This document shows, piece by piece, positions 1-11,220 of a DNA stretch of 41,536 bases (position 1 is the first letter of the stretch; each line of letters starts with the position of its first letter). The position numbers and the translations under genes are program-made. The notes beneath the pieces are model-generated. The model was given only the letters and a program-made list of their open reading frames with translations, made no database searches and was not told the DNA's origin. This DNA is from Octopus bimaculoides (Eukaryota). The stretch covers positions 25,679,413 through 25,720,948 of the forward strand of contig NC_068998.1 of assembly GCF_001194135.2 (NCBI RefSeq). Reading direction: 5' to 3'.

Positions 1-40
<40 letters not shown>
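1..40. repeat. (GT)n microsatellite
   Basis: Pure GT dinucleotide run at the window start. Confidence 0.98.
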
Positions 41-42
<2 letters not shown>

Positions 43-579
43 CGTTTTAAACTTATGAATGGTTCACTGTCTGTGTTTGTTCACAAAATGAAAATGAAGA
101 AAAAAAAAGTTTGGTTTTGCTTCGTGTGTGATATGTGTTTTCGTATGCGTGTGTGTGTCCTGTGATTTTCACGTAGTTGTGTAAACATTAAGATGCATGT
201 GTAGTTCTATGGGTATCAAAACGTATATATCATTGTGTACACATTCGAGTGTATGCGTAGTTATTCAATATATGTACTTACTATTTTGTTCCATTTCATT
301 TTTATATAGTTTGTAAACTTTCTGGTGTTGGTTTTGCGTGTGTGACCGCACGTGTTTTCCTGAGACATCGTGCATAGGAGGACCTGTGCTTTGTACGGTA
401 GTAAAATTTCATTTTTTAAGAATAAAAAATATTTTTTAAAAATTATCTTCGTTAAAAGACCGCTTCTTTCAAATCTTCCACCGGTTCTTTTGCCTAATTC
501 CATCGATGTTATTGGATTAGATTTGTTTTTGTATAGGGAGCCCGGTGTAGCACATCCATGTTGTTATTCAACCCGGTGC

Positions 580-580
<1 letters not shown>

Positions 581-657
<77 letters not shown>

Positions 658-687
658 CGTTATTATTATCATCATCATCATTATTAT
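581..687. repeat. (TTA)n/(CAT)n microsatellite
   Basis: Long TTA run with a short CAT block; source of the poly-Y and poly-N pseudo-ORFs. Confidence 0.97.
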
Positions 688-1234
688 GGCCGTCAGCCGG
701 CCGGAGAGACCACACTTGACCTCGGCTCCGTATTTTGTTTTCGAAATTCGTCAGTTTTCTCCGGAAAATAGCTGTGCTTTCCAGTCATTTTCACTCGGGG
801 TGGAGAATAGGTGAGTCTTCTTCTACTGGTTAGGTTCTGCTTTCTGTTTTTTTTTACAGTCTCCCTATTTCTTGGGTTACTTATCAAATTTAACCAATTT
901 TTTTGTTCGCCGTGGGAAAATTTAGAATTTCTGCTCAATGAGAGCAACAAATAGTTTCCAGGGAGTTTCAGTCGTCGATGAGAGAGGTGGAAAGACAAAA
1001 ATGAGAGAGAGAGAGTGACAGCTCTTCGCCTGTTAGCGTTACTACTAGACACTCAAGTAAGCATAACAACATCTCCATCATAAAGCATAACTTCGACACC
1101 ACCACCACCACCACCACTACAAACAACAACAGCACCATCAACAACAGCAACAGTAGTAAAGCTTCGACGGGAGAGAAAAATAAGCAGTACAGCTACAACC
1201 GCTAGCAATTAGCTCGGTTACTTCGGTCGACGAC

Positions 1235-2050
1235 ATGAACTTCGCCAGAAAAAATAGCGTCGCTTTGGCTCCAACTCCAACAACGACAAGAACAGAATCA
1301 GCAGCCAAAACGATTTACTTAACACCGACAATAACAGCAACGATAAAAACAACTCCTTTGCAAGAGTGTCAAAGAGTACGCATGTTTTCCATCCAGGGAG
1401 ATTTTGCTCCCTGGAAGGAAAACATGCGTACATGAGTGAAGTAGAAAAACTCCTCAATAGAGGAGATAGGAAAACCAAGATTGCTCTCCCTTCAGATTTG
1501 ATGAAGAAGACGGCCAGAGGGACCATCGTATACAGATTTGTGTCGCTAAATACGAGGAACATTTTCAATGCACCACACATCGAAGTAGAGAAATGCTTGA
1601 AGGCATTTGGACTGATATTGATTTCCTCACCTAGGGAAGACAATATTGTTGTGTGGAAGTAGGGTTTCTCACAGAGGCACTAACCCCAAATCACTCAATG
1701 GTCCAGTACAAACACGAGAATATTCTCCTCCTCCCCGTATACCGTGGACGACGGGTGGTAAAGGTTAAAATATCAGATGTGCCTCCAGAATTAGACATTT
1801 GGTGGTTGGTCACGTGCGTTGTGGTCGAAGGCCCGGATTCGCTCCTATAAATTAAAAAATATCAGAAGGAGAACTGGTCCAGGACCAAGTCGGAGATTTT
1901 TATCCAGGTAAAACCCAATTTTCTGGACAAGGTTCTCGACATCATCGAGCTGCCCAACAGAGAACAACTCCAGATTGTGTTGGAAGGCAAAAAAAAACAA
2001 GGTGTCACACTTGTGGGTTTAACAAACATTTGAAGGCCCTCTGCCCACAT
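1235..2050 (+). pseudogene. ORF1 (gag-like) remnant with CX2CX4HX4C zinc knuckle
   Basis: Frameshifted pieces read RGTIVYRF..., RRVVKVKISDVPPELD and QLQIVLEG. After a shift in the A9 run (1989-1997), 2003-2044 reads CHTCGFNKHLKALC, a perfect CCHC spacing. Confidence 0.75.
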
Positions 2051-2458
2051 AAACAGCAAAATAGAGCTAGAGAACGTGGGCCCTGTAACCACCACCACCA
2101 CAAGAAGACCAAAAGCTACAACAACAATCAATGCAGAAATAGCCATTAAAGCAATATCTTCAACAACAGAATCTCACCACAATGACACTAACAACTGTAG
2201 CAGTGGAAATAAGCAACTTTCAACCATCCCTACAGACGGATGACACGGATACACCATGTACTCCTGACTCTGGCGATTCAGAAGCCTTATCATGCGACGA
2301 GGAGGAATTGTATCCGCCAAGAAGGACTTGTGTTGGTTAAAAGCAGAAAAATAGTTCGAAAAAAGTCTGTCCTAAGTTGAAATAGAAAAGACATGAGGAG
2401 GAAACTTTACGCAATCCATGAGCTACTCTAACAACAACAACGATACAGTCACCCAAAT

Positions 2459-2852
2459 ACAGCGGCACCTATTCAGCGGTCAACATAAACGTTTACCTAT
2501 CGGAACCGTTTGGCATCGCACGTTATCATCTCTTCTGTTTGTATTGCACTCTAGCCACTGCTGCGAAAATTGGAACAGTTAATGGGCGTCCCTTTGGAAC
2601 TGCGACACAGAAGGGTAGTGCCGGCATATGCGGACGAATTCATCGTGACCGAATTGGAGACTGTTGGTATCATCTTAAATTAATATGAGTCGGTTGCAGG
2701 AGTTAAAATCAAAGCCGAAAAATCCGTGGGCTTGTGGCTGGACTCCTGGAGAGGCAGGTTGTTGCAATCGGAGGACATCATCAGACACTGGACCGACGGA
2801 CCAGTTAAACTGCTCGGGGTCTGGTTTGGGTCCGATTTCCAGTGGATAAGAA
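2459..2852 (+). pseudogene. Reverse transcriptase fragment (L1/Tx1 type)
   Basis: Reads AVNINVYLSEPFGIAR..LSSLLFVL..PLLRKLE..AYADE (2627-2638, decayed YADD)..KINxEKS-like KIKAEKSVGLWL..VKLLGVWFG. Contains stops and frameshifts. Confidence 0.8.
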
Positions 2853-3215
2853 CTATAATTTGTAAACTCTTTAGGCATGTTGTAGCTGGACTCCCTAAGT
2901 CTACGGGCGTTTTGATAAGCTACTCGGCGTGGAAAATGCTTCTCTAAGGTCGTGAAGAATGTTCTTGGTGGGATATTATACTCCAGTATTGCATTATGCC
3001 AGGCTACTTGTATTGATCTATCTCTCCTTCACTTAGAGTTACTACATTCACTACTATTCTTATCTATTCATCACTTTTGATATCTTCCTCTTGTCGTTAT
3101 CATGTTGGGGGTAATTTATATTTATCAATGGATTTACTCGAACTAGTGTTAATGTTGGCGGTTTTATGTTTATGTTCATTTAGCTTATATTCTTTACAGT
3201 TAGCTGAGGGTGCAA

Positions 3216-3990
3216 CTAATGCAGAATCGCACCCCTCCTTGAAAAATGCGTTGTTTTGAAAAAATGTTTTCGGATTCCTACGTTTTAGATGTCGGAGATT
3301 ACGAATATACAAAAAAAAAAAATAGATAAATATTTCAACCACCCCCACCTCCATCAATTTAAAATTTTGATTTTATTTACTTTAAAGAGATTGTTGCGAA
3401 TTGACGAACATATGCAAATCGAAATTAAATATCGACAAAAAAATATTAAAGTGAAAAGAAATTACATTTTACTTGTGTTTGCCTTAAATAATCATAAATA
3501 ATAATTGAATGTAAATTAAATATACACCATTTTATGAGAAACAAACATTAATATTTAATAGTAAATGTTATCAATTTTAATAAGGGAATCAAATTTTACC
3601 CCCTCCCCCGATTTTAAATNNNNNNNNNNNNNNNNNNNNNNNNNNNNNNNNNNNNNNNNNNNNNNNNNNNNNNNNNNNNNNNNNNNNNNNNNNNNNNNNN
3701 NNNNTATCTATCTATCTATCTATCTCTTTATACACATATCTAAATGCTTGTTTAATTTAACATTTTGAAAATGGGGTTTCTTGAATATTCGGAATCTCCA
3801 TCATCTAAAGCATAGGGGAACAGAAATTCGAAAAAGTTCAAAATTTTAAATGGGGGATGGCGGGAAGAATTGGGAGGGGATTTTTTTTTTTTTTTGTATA
3901 TTCGTAATCTCCGACATCTAAAACGTAGAAATCCGTAAAAGATTTTTCAAAAAGATGCATTTTTCAAGGAGAGGAGCGCTTCTGCATTAG
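3216..3990. mobile_element. MITE/foldback element with long terminal inverted repeats
   Basis: 3216-3321 (ctaatgcagaa...ttagatgtcggagattacgaatatacaaaa) is the reverse complement of ~3885-3990. Weaker matching continues to ~3370/3838. An extra copy of the sub-repeat lies at ~3781-3809. Interior is AT-rich, non-coding and contains a gap. Confidence 0.8.
3620..3704. other. Assembly gap
   Basis: N run. Confidence 1.
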
Positions 3991-5171
3991 CGCCGGTGTT
4001 TCTATGTCCGTTGATTCAGTCACACGACTCGTGTTATGATTAAATTTCCTATTGTATTCTTTAGAACTAGCCCTGGATTACTTTCTATTACTATGGCAGT
4101 CACCAGAATCGTAATTACGTACAATGTTTAACATTACTATACCGAATACTTATTTGGAATGTATTTAGTTTGTTCAGTGAGACTTCCTTCCATTAGGACT
4201 AGGTTGCAATATCTCTTGTGTGGTTTAAAGATTTCTTTGTTGGCTTCACTATAGAATTTATAATACATCTTGTATGATATGAGTTGAGGCTAACATACTT
4301 AACATCTTCGATTGGTTTGTGAAATGGATGTTACAGTCCACTACAAACATCAAGTGTAATAACTAAAATAGATTACCCTCGCACACCTCCTAAAGTTCAA
4401 AGATAATACATATTTAATTTAAGAATCTTCTTAATTGTTAGAATTATAGATTCCCTTTCTTTTCTCTTCTCTCTATTTATTTGCTGATAAGATATCCTTT
4501 TTACTTTTTATTTTCATGTATCACTTCTTTTATGTTTCCTTTTATTTATTTTCGTATTTTACCTTTTATATTTATTTTTAATTTTGTTACTTTTGTTTTG
4601 CCTCTCGCTTTCTTTGATTTCGTTTTGAGTTTACCTTTTCTTAGCTCTTGTGTAATTTATCCTGTCACCCTATTTAAGGATTATATCGTAGTCTTATTAC
4701 TGCAGCTATTCCTATGATACTTACTGCCATAATTTAGTATTACATGTAGTCTTAGCGTCACTGTTTTTTACCTGTGATAGTTTATTCATTTATAATTCCT
4801 GATAACTATTTGTTATTACTCCGGTTAAATGTTTGTATTTATGTCACATTCTGGTAATTAATAAGGTAGAAGTTGATAATTGACTTTGAAAATAATAGCT
4901 GCTTTTTGCTTTGTACATTTTCAAATATTTTCCCCTTATATAGTCCCCCAACATATAACAGGAAACACCAAACCTACCACTGACCTAACATCGTTTCTAA
5001 AAATATTGTAGTAAATGTTAAAAACCTGAATCTGACCATAAGGAGGTTGTGGGTCATCAAATTTCATTACTTGATGATACAGAAATAATTTATGCTCAAA
5101 TGCATGATAATGCTAATACAATAGCATGAACACGATAAACTACCCAGATATTGTAGAAAATATCGTTTACC

Positions 5172-5244
5172 GGCCAGCCATGATACTCGAACTCACATCC
5201 CTGTGATTACGTGTCAAGTGCTTTACCTTTAAGCTAATCTACCC
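5172..5244 (-). tRNA. tRNA-like sequence (pseudo-tRNA or SINE head, Thr-CGT-like loop)
   Basis: 73 nt GGGTAGATTAGCTTAAAGGTAAAGCACTTGACACGTAATCACAGGGATGTGAGTTCGAGTATCATGGCTGGCC. Has A-box TAGCTTAAAGG and B-box GTTCGAGT; anticodon and acceptor stems are imperfect. Confidence 0.6.
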
Positions 5245-5407
5245 AGTAACGAATTGTTAAGATTTATAAATCTAGCTTTATCTTTCAATTCCTCTCAGCG
5301 CTTCTAAGGCAAACCTTTTTGTTTACTTTCATCGTAAGTTGAATTTAATGTTAGCGTCTTATAAATCTAGATCTATAAATCCTCAAGTTGCAGGACAATT
5401 CGTTACT

Positions 5408-5480
5408 GGGTAGTTTAGCTTAAAGGTAAAGCACTTGCCACGTAATCACAGGGATGTGAGTTTGAGTCTCGTGGCTGGCC
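5408..5480 (+). tRNA. tRNA-like sequence (pseudo-tRNA or SINE head), inverted partner of 5172-5244
   Basis: 73 nt with A-box TAGCTTAAAGG, decayed B-box GTTTGAGTC, T-stem GTGAG/CTCGT and loop CACGTAA. Confidence 0.6.
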
Positions 5481-5599
5481 GGTAACATTTTTTCTGCAAT
5501 ATATGGATAAGTTATCCTGTTCATGCTATTGTATTATCATGCGTTTGCTAATAAATTATTTCTGTATCTTTCAATACATCTCAGCGCTTCTACAGCTTG

Positions 5600-6360
5600 A
5601 GGGTGATGTCTTGAAACAGGCGACCTCGTTTTGAATAAATGCCACAAGGACTAAATTTCATCCTTTTTTCTCTTCTTTTCTTTTTTTCTTTGGCAGTTGA
5701 TTTGTTGTAGCTGAGACGAAAACACCATTGTAAGGATTTTCTCTCTATTTTCAGTCGGTCAAACAGTGGTTTGAATAAAATCTTGAAAGCACCCAAATGG
5801 GTATCCGCAAAATATGTCAGCTTATAATAAATAAATGTATGACCCATTATTTCTGCCTAGGGAGGCATTGTCTTTGTGGTGGAACTTGGATTTCAAAGCA
5901 CATTTGTTGGAAATATTGGTGCTGCAGGTCTAGGTATTTGTTTATTGCGAGTTTGGCAGAGGAAAACATAAGGTCATAGTCAGGGCGGTAGAATACGGTA
6001 TTCTTTAACTGTAAATGACAAAGATTTTGTAAAATTTATCATATACATTGGATTGCTTATTCAGTGTTTAACGATGAAAAGAGGCTTCACGTTGTTAAAC
6101 ATCTTTCTACTGCAGTACATATTGCCGGTGGGCTACAGTGTATTACGTATATTCCTTTTTTCTAATATTAGTGCGTCTAAAGTTTTCGTAAATGTAATTA
6201 TTTTTTCGAAAGTGTATTTAATCTTTAGGAAGATGCTAACTCCACTCTGTTGCGAAGTCATTGAATATATGTAGATATTTGTTTAATACCGGTTAGATTT
6301 AATAGTCTGATGGAAATGGTTTTAATAACGTTATCAACGTTTGTTTTGAAGTGATTTGAG
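5600..6360 (-). mobile_element. Heavily decayed Penelope-like element fragment (RT C-terminus to GIY-YIG region)
   Basis: Minus-strand pieces SNHFKTNVDNVIKTISIRLLNL, YVIHCSPP, YFADTHLGAFK/FYSNHC and NPYNG occur in the order expected for PLE SNHPP..., WFNPP, YIG..FK.RY.NH and PY motifs. Many stops. Confidence 0.42.
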
Positions 6361-6929
6361 AGGAGGCCGTTATAGTCGCCTCTCAAATAATTCGAATTTT
6401 CCTTTTTATACCAACAGTATATAGCCGAACTAAAAGAACAAATCTCTTTTCTAATACTTAATAAATTTAATTCATATGTTTTATGAGAGGATGAAAAACA
6501 AAATTAAATTGTCCCTAATTACTTAATCCCGTATTCTCGTTATGCGACTGCAAATGAAATTAATTTCGATTTCATATTCAACTGCTAAGGAAATTTCTTC
6601 TCTAAATAGGTGAGAGGGGGCATAATTTCATGCTCACTGATTTTTGCTAAAACATTGGCTCTCATGCAAGCAGTAGCTGCATCATGCGTACATTTTTGAC
6701 CCAGTATGATTTATCTCACTGGATAATTTTAGTTTAATATCAACTTCCATAGTTTCAACGTCCACGTTGCAAATGCAACGATTAAATTAAATATAAATTA
6801 TAGAATAGGAACCCTTTCGGATCTCTTTCCAATTTTTACTGCCTGTTTTCTGTTTGGCTGTTTTATATATAGTTTACTATGTTTCTGTGCAAATATACTT
6901 CTCAATGAATACCTCTCCGTGAGATTGCT

Positions 6930-7170
6930 TGTGTATAATATATCTGTATATGTGTATGCCTACATGTGCGTGTCTGTGTATCTGTGCGTGTAGGTGCATG
7001 TGTATAGGTGTGTTCGTCTGTATACGTGTGCGCGTATGCATGTAGTATTAATGTGTGTACTTGAGTACTTGCGTGCGTCTTTGTATAGGTGTTGGAATGT
7101 GTTTGTGTTTGTGCGCGTGTTTTCATCATTGCATATCTGTGCACACCTGTAAGTTTCTCTAAACATGTCT
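6930..7170. repeat. Degenerate TG-rich microsatellite
   Basis: Imperfect TG/TA/CG alternation. Confidence 0.85.
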
Positions 7171-7290
7171 GCGTAACGCTCCTCCTTAACCCATTTGCCA
7201 AGCACTCTCTCTCAATATAAACAAATGTACACTTTAATTTAACCTTCAAACGAAAGGTTAAATTGGTTTGCATTGGCCGACTATGAATTA

Positions 7291-7391
7291 TAAACAAAGA
7301 AAACAATTCTAATTATGCTAGCAAATGTTCAGAAACCATACTAATCACTATGATGTGCAAAAATATACTAATGAACAACTGAGACATCAAA
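7291..7391 (+). repeat. Diverged direct repeat, copy 1 (copy 2 at 8818-8916)
   Basis: Shared blocks taaacaaa, attctaattat, tgatgt, aaaaatatactaatga and acatcaaa occur in the same order and spacing. Confidence 0.7.
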
Positions 7392-7508
7392 CAAAATTCT
7401 TTATCGTTTCTAACGTGATGAGGGCTTTTTTACTATGTTCTGATATGTTTGTGTTTACGTACATATAAACATGCATAAGCATAATTTTATGACTTCAATA
7501 TATATATA

Positions 7509-8437
7509 NNNNNNNNNNNNNNNNNNNNNNNNNNNNNNNNNNNNNNNNNNNNNNNNNNNNNNNNNNNNNNNNNNNNNNNNNNNNNNNNNNNNNNNNNNNN
7601 NNNNNNNNNNNNNNNNNNNNNNNNNNNNNNNNNNNNNNNNNNNNNNNNNNNNNNNNNNNNNNNNNNNNNNNNNNNNNNNNNNNNNNNNNNNNNNNNNNNN
7701 NNNNNNNNNNNNNNNNNNNNNNNNNNNNNNNNNNNNNNNNNNNNNNNNNNNNNNNNNNNNNNNNNNNNNNNNNNNNNNNNNNNNNNNNNNNNNNNNNNNN
7801 NNNNNNNNNNNNNNNNNNNNNNNNNNNNNNNNNNNNNNNNNNNNNNNNNNNNNNNNNNNNNNNNNNNNNNNNNNNNNNNNNNNNNNNNNNNNNNNNNNNN
7901 NNNNNNNNNNNNNNNNNNNNNNNNNNNNNNNNNNNNNNNNNNNNNNNNNNNNNNNNNNNNNNNNNNNNNNNNNNNNNNNNNNNNNNNNNNNNNNNNNNNN
8001 NNNNNNNNNNNNNNNNNNNNNNNNNNNNNNNNNNNNNNNNNNNNNNNNNNNNNNNNNNNNNNNNNNNNNNNNNNNNNNNNNNNNNNNNNNNNNNNNNNNN
8101 NNNNNNNNNNNNNNNNNNNNNNNNNNNNNNNNNNNNNNNNNNNNNNNNNNNNNNNNNNNNNNNNNNNNNNNNNNNNNNNNNNNNNNNNNNNNNNNNNNNN
8201 NNNNNNNNNNNNNNNNNNNNNNNNNNNNNNNNNNNNNNNNNNNNNNNNNNNNNNNNNNNNNNNNNNNNNNNNNNNNNNNNNNNNNNNNNNNNNNNNNNNN
8301 NNNNNNNNNNNNNNNNNNNNNNNNNNNNNNNNNNNNNNNNNNNNNNNNNNNNNNNNNNNNNNNNNNNNNNNNNNNNNNNNNNNNNNNNNNNNNNNNNNNN
8401 NNNNNNNNNNNNNNNNNNNNNNNNNNNNNNNNNNNNN
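7509..8437. other. Assembly gap
   Basis: N run after (TA)n. Confidence 1.
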
Positions 8438-8817
8438 CAGAACGCAAAACATCCAGATAGACGATATCTAGAAAACAGGGACAGGTCATTAGGTGTTTTC
8501 TTTCCTCAGTCGCCACCCAGATTATACTTGCAATTTCGGATGTTTTTTTTTTTGCTATTGCTCCAATCTGGCCAGCGCCAAGAAAAAACTAAGCTAAGAG
8601 CATTAGATTCCTTGGAAGAAAGCAGCGAATGTATACATACATACATGTCTGGGAGAGTGGGAGAGATGCGTGTGTGTGTATCCGTGTGTGTGAGTGTGCG
8701 CTTGACTACTTGTATCGGTTTGTTTACATCCGTGTATCGAGAAATTGTACAGGTGATGTATTAGAAAGTTCAGTACACTGTCGAAATTCGAGCGACTATA
8801 ATTAATAATAGAAAAGA

Positions 8818-8916
8818 TAAACAAAACAAACTATTCTAATTATATTTGAAAATATTCATAAAATACCAAATACTGTGATGTAGAAAAATATACTAATGAG
8901 CAAATCAAACATCAAA
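8818..8916 (+). repeat. Diverged direct repeat, copy 2
   Basis: Aligns by eye with 7291-7391. Confidence 0.7.
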
Positions 8917-9049
8917 GCGGTGCCTATGTCATTCCAACTGTGTATTAGTGGATATGTGATTCTGTTATTGTGTGCGTATTTACATTTTCCTATATTCGTA
9001 TTTATGCAGTTCCAATCATTTAGATTTTATATGCCTGTGGTGCGGGCAC

Positions 9050-9205
9050 GCGCGTGTGTGTTTGTGTGGGTGTATGTGTGTGTGTGAGTATGTGAGTGTG
9101 TGTGTGTGTGTGAGTGTGTGTGTGTGTGTGTGTGTGAGTGTGTGAGTGTGCTTCTGTGTGTGTGTGCTTATTTCTCTCTGCGTGTGTGTGTGTGTGTGTG
9201 TGTGA
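9050..9205. repeat. Compound (GT)n/(GAGT) microsatellite
   Basis: Visible repeat. Confidence 0.93.
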
Positions 9206-9417
9206 TTAGTTATATCACTGTATATCTGCATTATGTCCTATAAATGAAGTAAAATGTGCTTTTTACATATGGTTTCTCTAATTGATTTCTGTTTGTATTC
9301 AATACGAGCTATTTCTTCATCTATCTGTATATCCGTAATCATATTTGCATCAATGTGCGTAAATATATGTGTGTGTATATGTGTGTGTTTCTGTGTGTCT
9401 GTGTATGTGGGTGTCTA

Positions 9418-9451
<34 letters not shown>

Positions 9452-10972
9452 CGTATGCCTTTTCTTATATGTGTGTTCTTTATGTTTTTATGCATGTGTA
9501 TTCCGTATACACAGTCAGTTTACATATCGCCATCAATTTTGCAATTCAGCAGTTGTTCTCAAACGTTGGATTGCAAGATGACTTAGAATATGTAGTTATG
9601 TAATTGCGATACAATCACATGCCTTTTTATTTTTTATTTTTTTATTTTTATTTTTTGAGGACTTAATCATTAGGATAAAGGAAATCGGCCAACACCTTAT
9701 TTTAGTTCATCGGAAAATAGCTACACGTAGAATGAAAGTTATTTTCAGAGTAAAAATTTGTTGTTAATGATGCTTGTAACTGAGTAGAATATTTTGAGGT
9801 CAGGTGCTGGTGTAAATCCGAATCATGTATTATGTCTGGTATGTCGAGAAATATCTCACTCGTAATAGTGTATGATAACGAGTGAATAAAATGTTTATAT
9901 CGCTTACTTTTGACTCCGAGAGAAAATGTCCATAAAATATCTTGAAATATTTGGAAGAGTTACTAAATTGTAGTACCAAATAAAGCAATAAGTCTACACC
10001 TATATAATTAACGCAAACATTTTTATAATTAGCTCAGAAGAGTCAAATGTAAAACCAACCAGGAGCGTTTGAATCCAAAACATATAGATATGCATATAAA
10101 TGAGCACAGCCTTTAACCGCCGCACACCTGATTATAATTCAATAATAGCAACACAACATTAATTCCACGTTGGTTATTATGCAATACACAGAATCTACTG
10201 GATCTCGCAAATTCTATTAGTTTATAATAAAATAAGATATTGTCCTTAGATTTTAAATGAACGTGCATTGTTATCATAAATCAAAAGCACATTATTATTC
10301 AAGTGAGATAACTGCAATTGAGCAGGTGTTGAAAGATAGAAACGAGTGCAGTGAAGAAGCAACAGGCTTTAACAGAGTGTGAGTCGTAGAGCTATCGCAT
10401 TTAAACAAGTGCGTTTTAACTTACAATGACTGACTTCTGTTTTCTGCAATAGTTGCAACAAAATAGAAAGGTTAGTGAGATACCTATTTACTTGTTTTTA
10501 TTCTAATTTTTATTATCATTTTATAATACTGTTGAAAAATACTTTAGAATATTCTAGTTACAAATAACAGAAATTTCGCATGAAAGACGTAACAACTTTA
10601 TATAGTTGTCTGTTGCTATTATACAATATTCGGTACTTATTAAACAACTATGTATTTGCATGTGTTTATGTATATGTGTGCGTAAGGGAGAAAATGGGAG
10701 AGAGAAGAAGTAAATGCTTGTGTCGGCAGATTTGAGTTGCATAAATCCTTGTGTATTTGGACTATTGAGGAAAAACATTTATACACTCATTGATATGATT
10801 TCTGTGGCTCTCTATGAAGAGCAAGAGCGCAAATCAATAAACAATGTTGCATGTTTCACAACTTCTTTGTCTGCTGGATTCCTTTTATCATTTTATCTCC
10901 TCCCTAATTAATTTTACAAGAACGAATCGTATATTAGAAGATCCATTGACTTCCTTGGTTTCTATGGAGTTA

Positions 10973-11067
10973 CACACAGACGCACACGCACAGACGCACA
11001 CGCACAGACGCACACGCATAGACGCACACGCACAGACGCACACGCACAGACGCACACGCACAGACAC
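10973..11067. repeat. 14-bp minisatellite (gcacagacgcacac)n, about 6 units
   Basis: Tandem gcacagacgcacac units with one c>t variant. Confidence 0.9.
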
Positions 11068-11094
11068 GCATATCTGTGGGTAGGTAGCTATGTA

Positions 11095-11165
11095 TATGCA
11101 TGTGTGTGTGTGTGTGTATGTGTGTGTGTGTGTGTGTGTGTGCGTGTACAACTATTTCTATGTCT

Positions 11166-11220
<55 letters not shown>

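Larger units (their letters stand above)
688..2855 (+). mobile_element. Degenerate, internally deleted Tx1/L1-clade non-LTR retrotransposon
   Basis: Putative 5' UTR, then an ORF1-like region with a CCHC knuckle, then an L1/Tx1-type RT fragment. No endonuclease domain is seen. Boundaries approximate. Confidence 0.75.
2860..4370 (-). mobile_element. Degenerate Penelope-like element fragment, interrupted by a MITE
   Basis: Minus strand ~4350-4240 reads HPFHKPIEDVKYVSLNSYHTRCII, resembling PLE KPYRKP..SNHPP..II. ~3030-2880 reads VAWHNAILEYNIPPRTFFTTLEKHFP, resembling IIWFNPP..FL.LI.KHFP. Motif resemblance by eye only. Confidence 0.5.
5076..5568. repeat. ~200 bp inverted repeat pair (5076-5275 / 5367-5568) with a ~90 bp spacer
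   Basis: The left arm reads as the reverse complement of the right arm along its length, with scattered substitutions and small indels. Confidence 0.92.

Noticed and set aside
370-771. ORFs with poly-Y/N/L/E/F or HT/CV/YI repeats here and throughout the window
   Set aside because: They are translations of microsatellites.
5172-5480. Functional tRNA-Thr genes
   Set aside because: The anticodon stem pairs only 3 of 5 positions and the acceptor stem has mismatches in both copies, so they are kept as tRNA-like only.
5595-5622. Possible hammerhead remnant (cttgaggg...tgaaac)
   Set aside because: The core is not CUGANGA and no stem II can be formed.
7455-8516. Long ORF-track entries containing X runs (also at 14.8, 20.1, 26.8, 29.1 and 36.6 kb)
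   Set aside because: They are open only because N gaps contain no stop codons.
10330-10385. Candidate exon ending at GTGAGT (VLKDRNECSEEATGFNR)
   Set aside because: No pyrimidine tract at the acceptor and no homology I can recognise.
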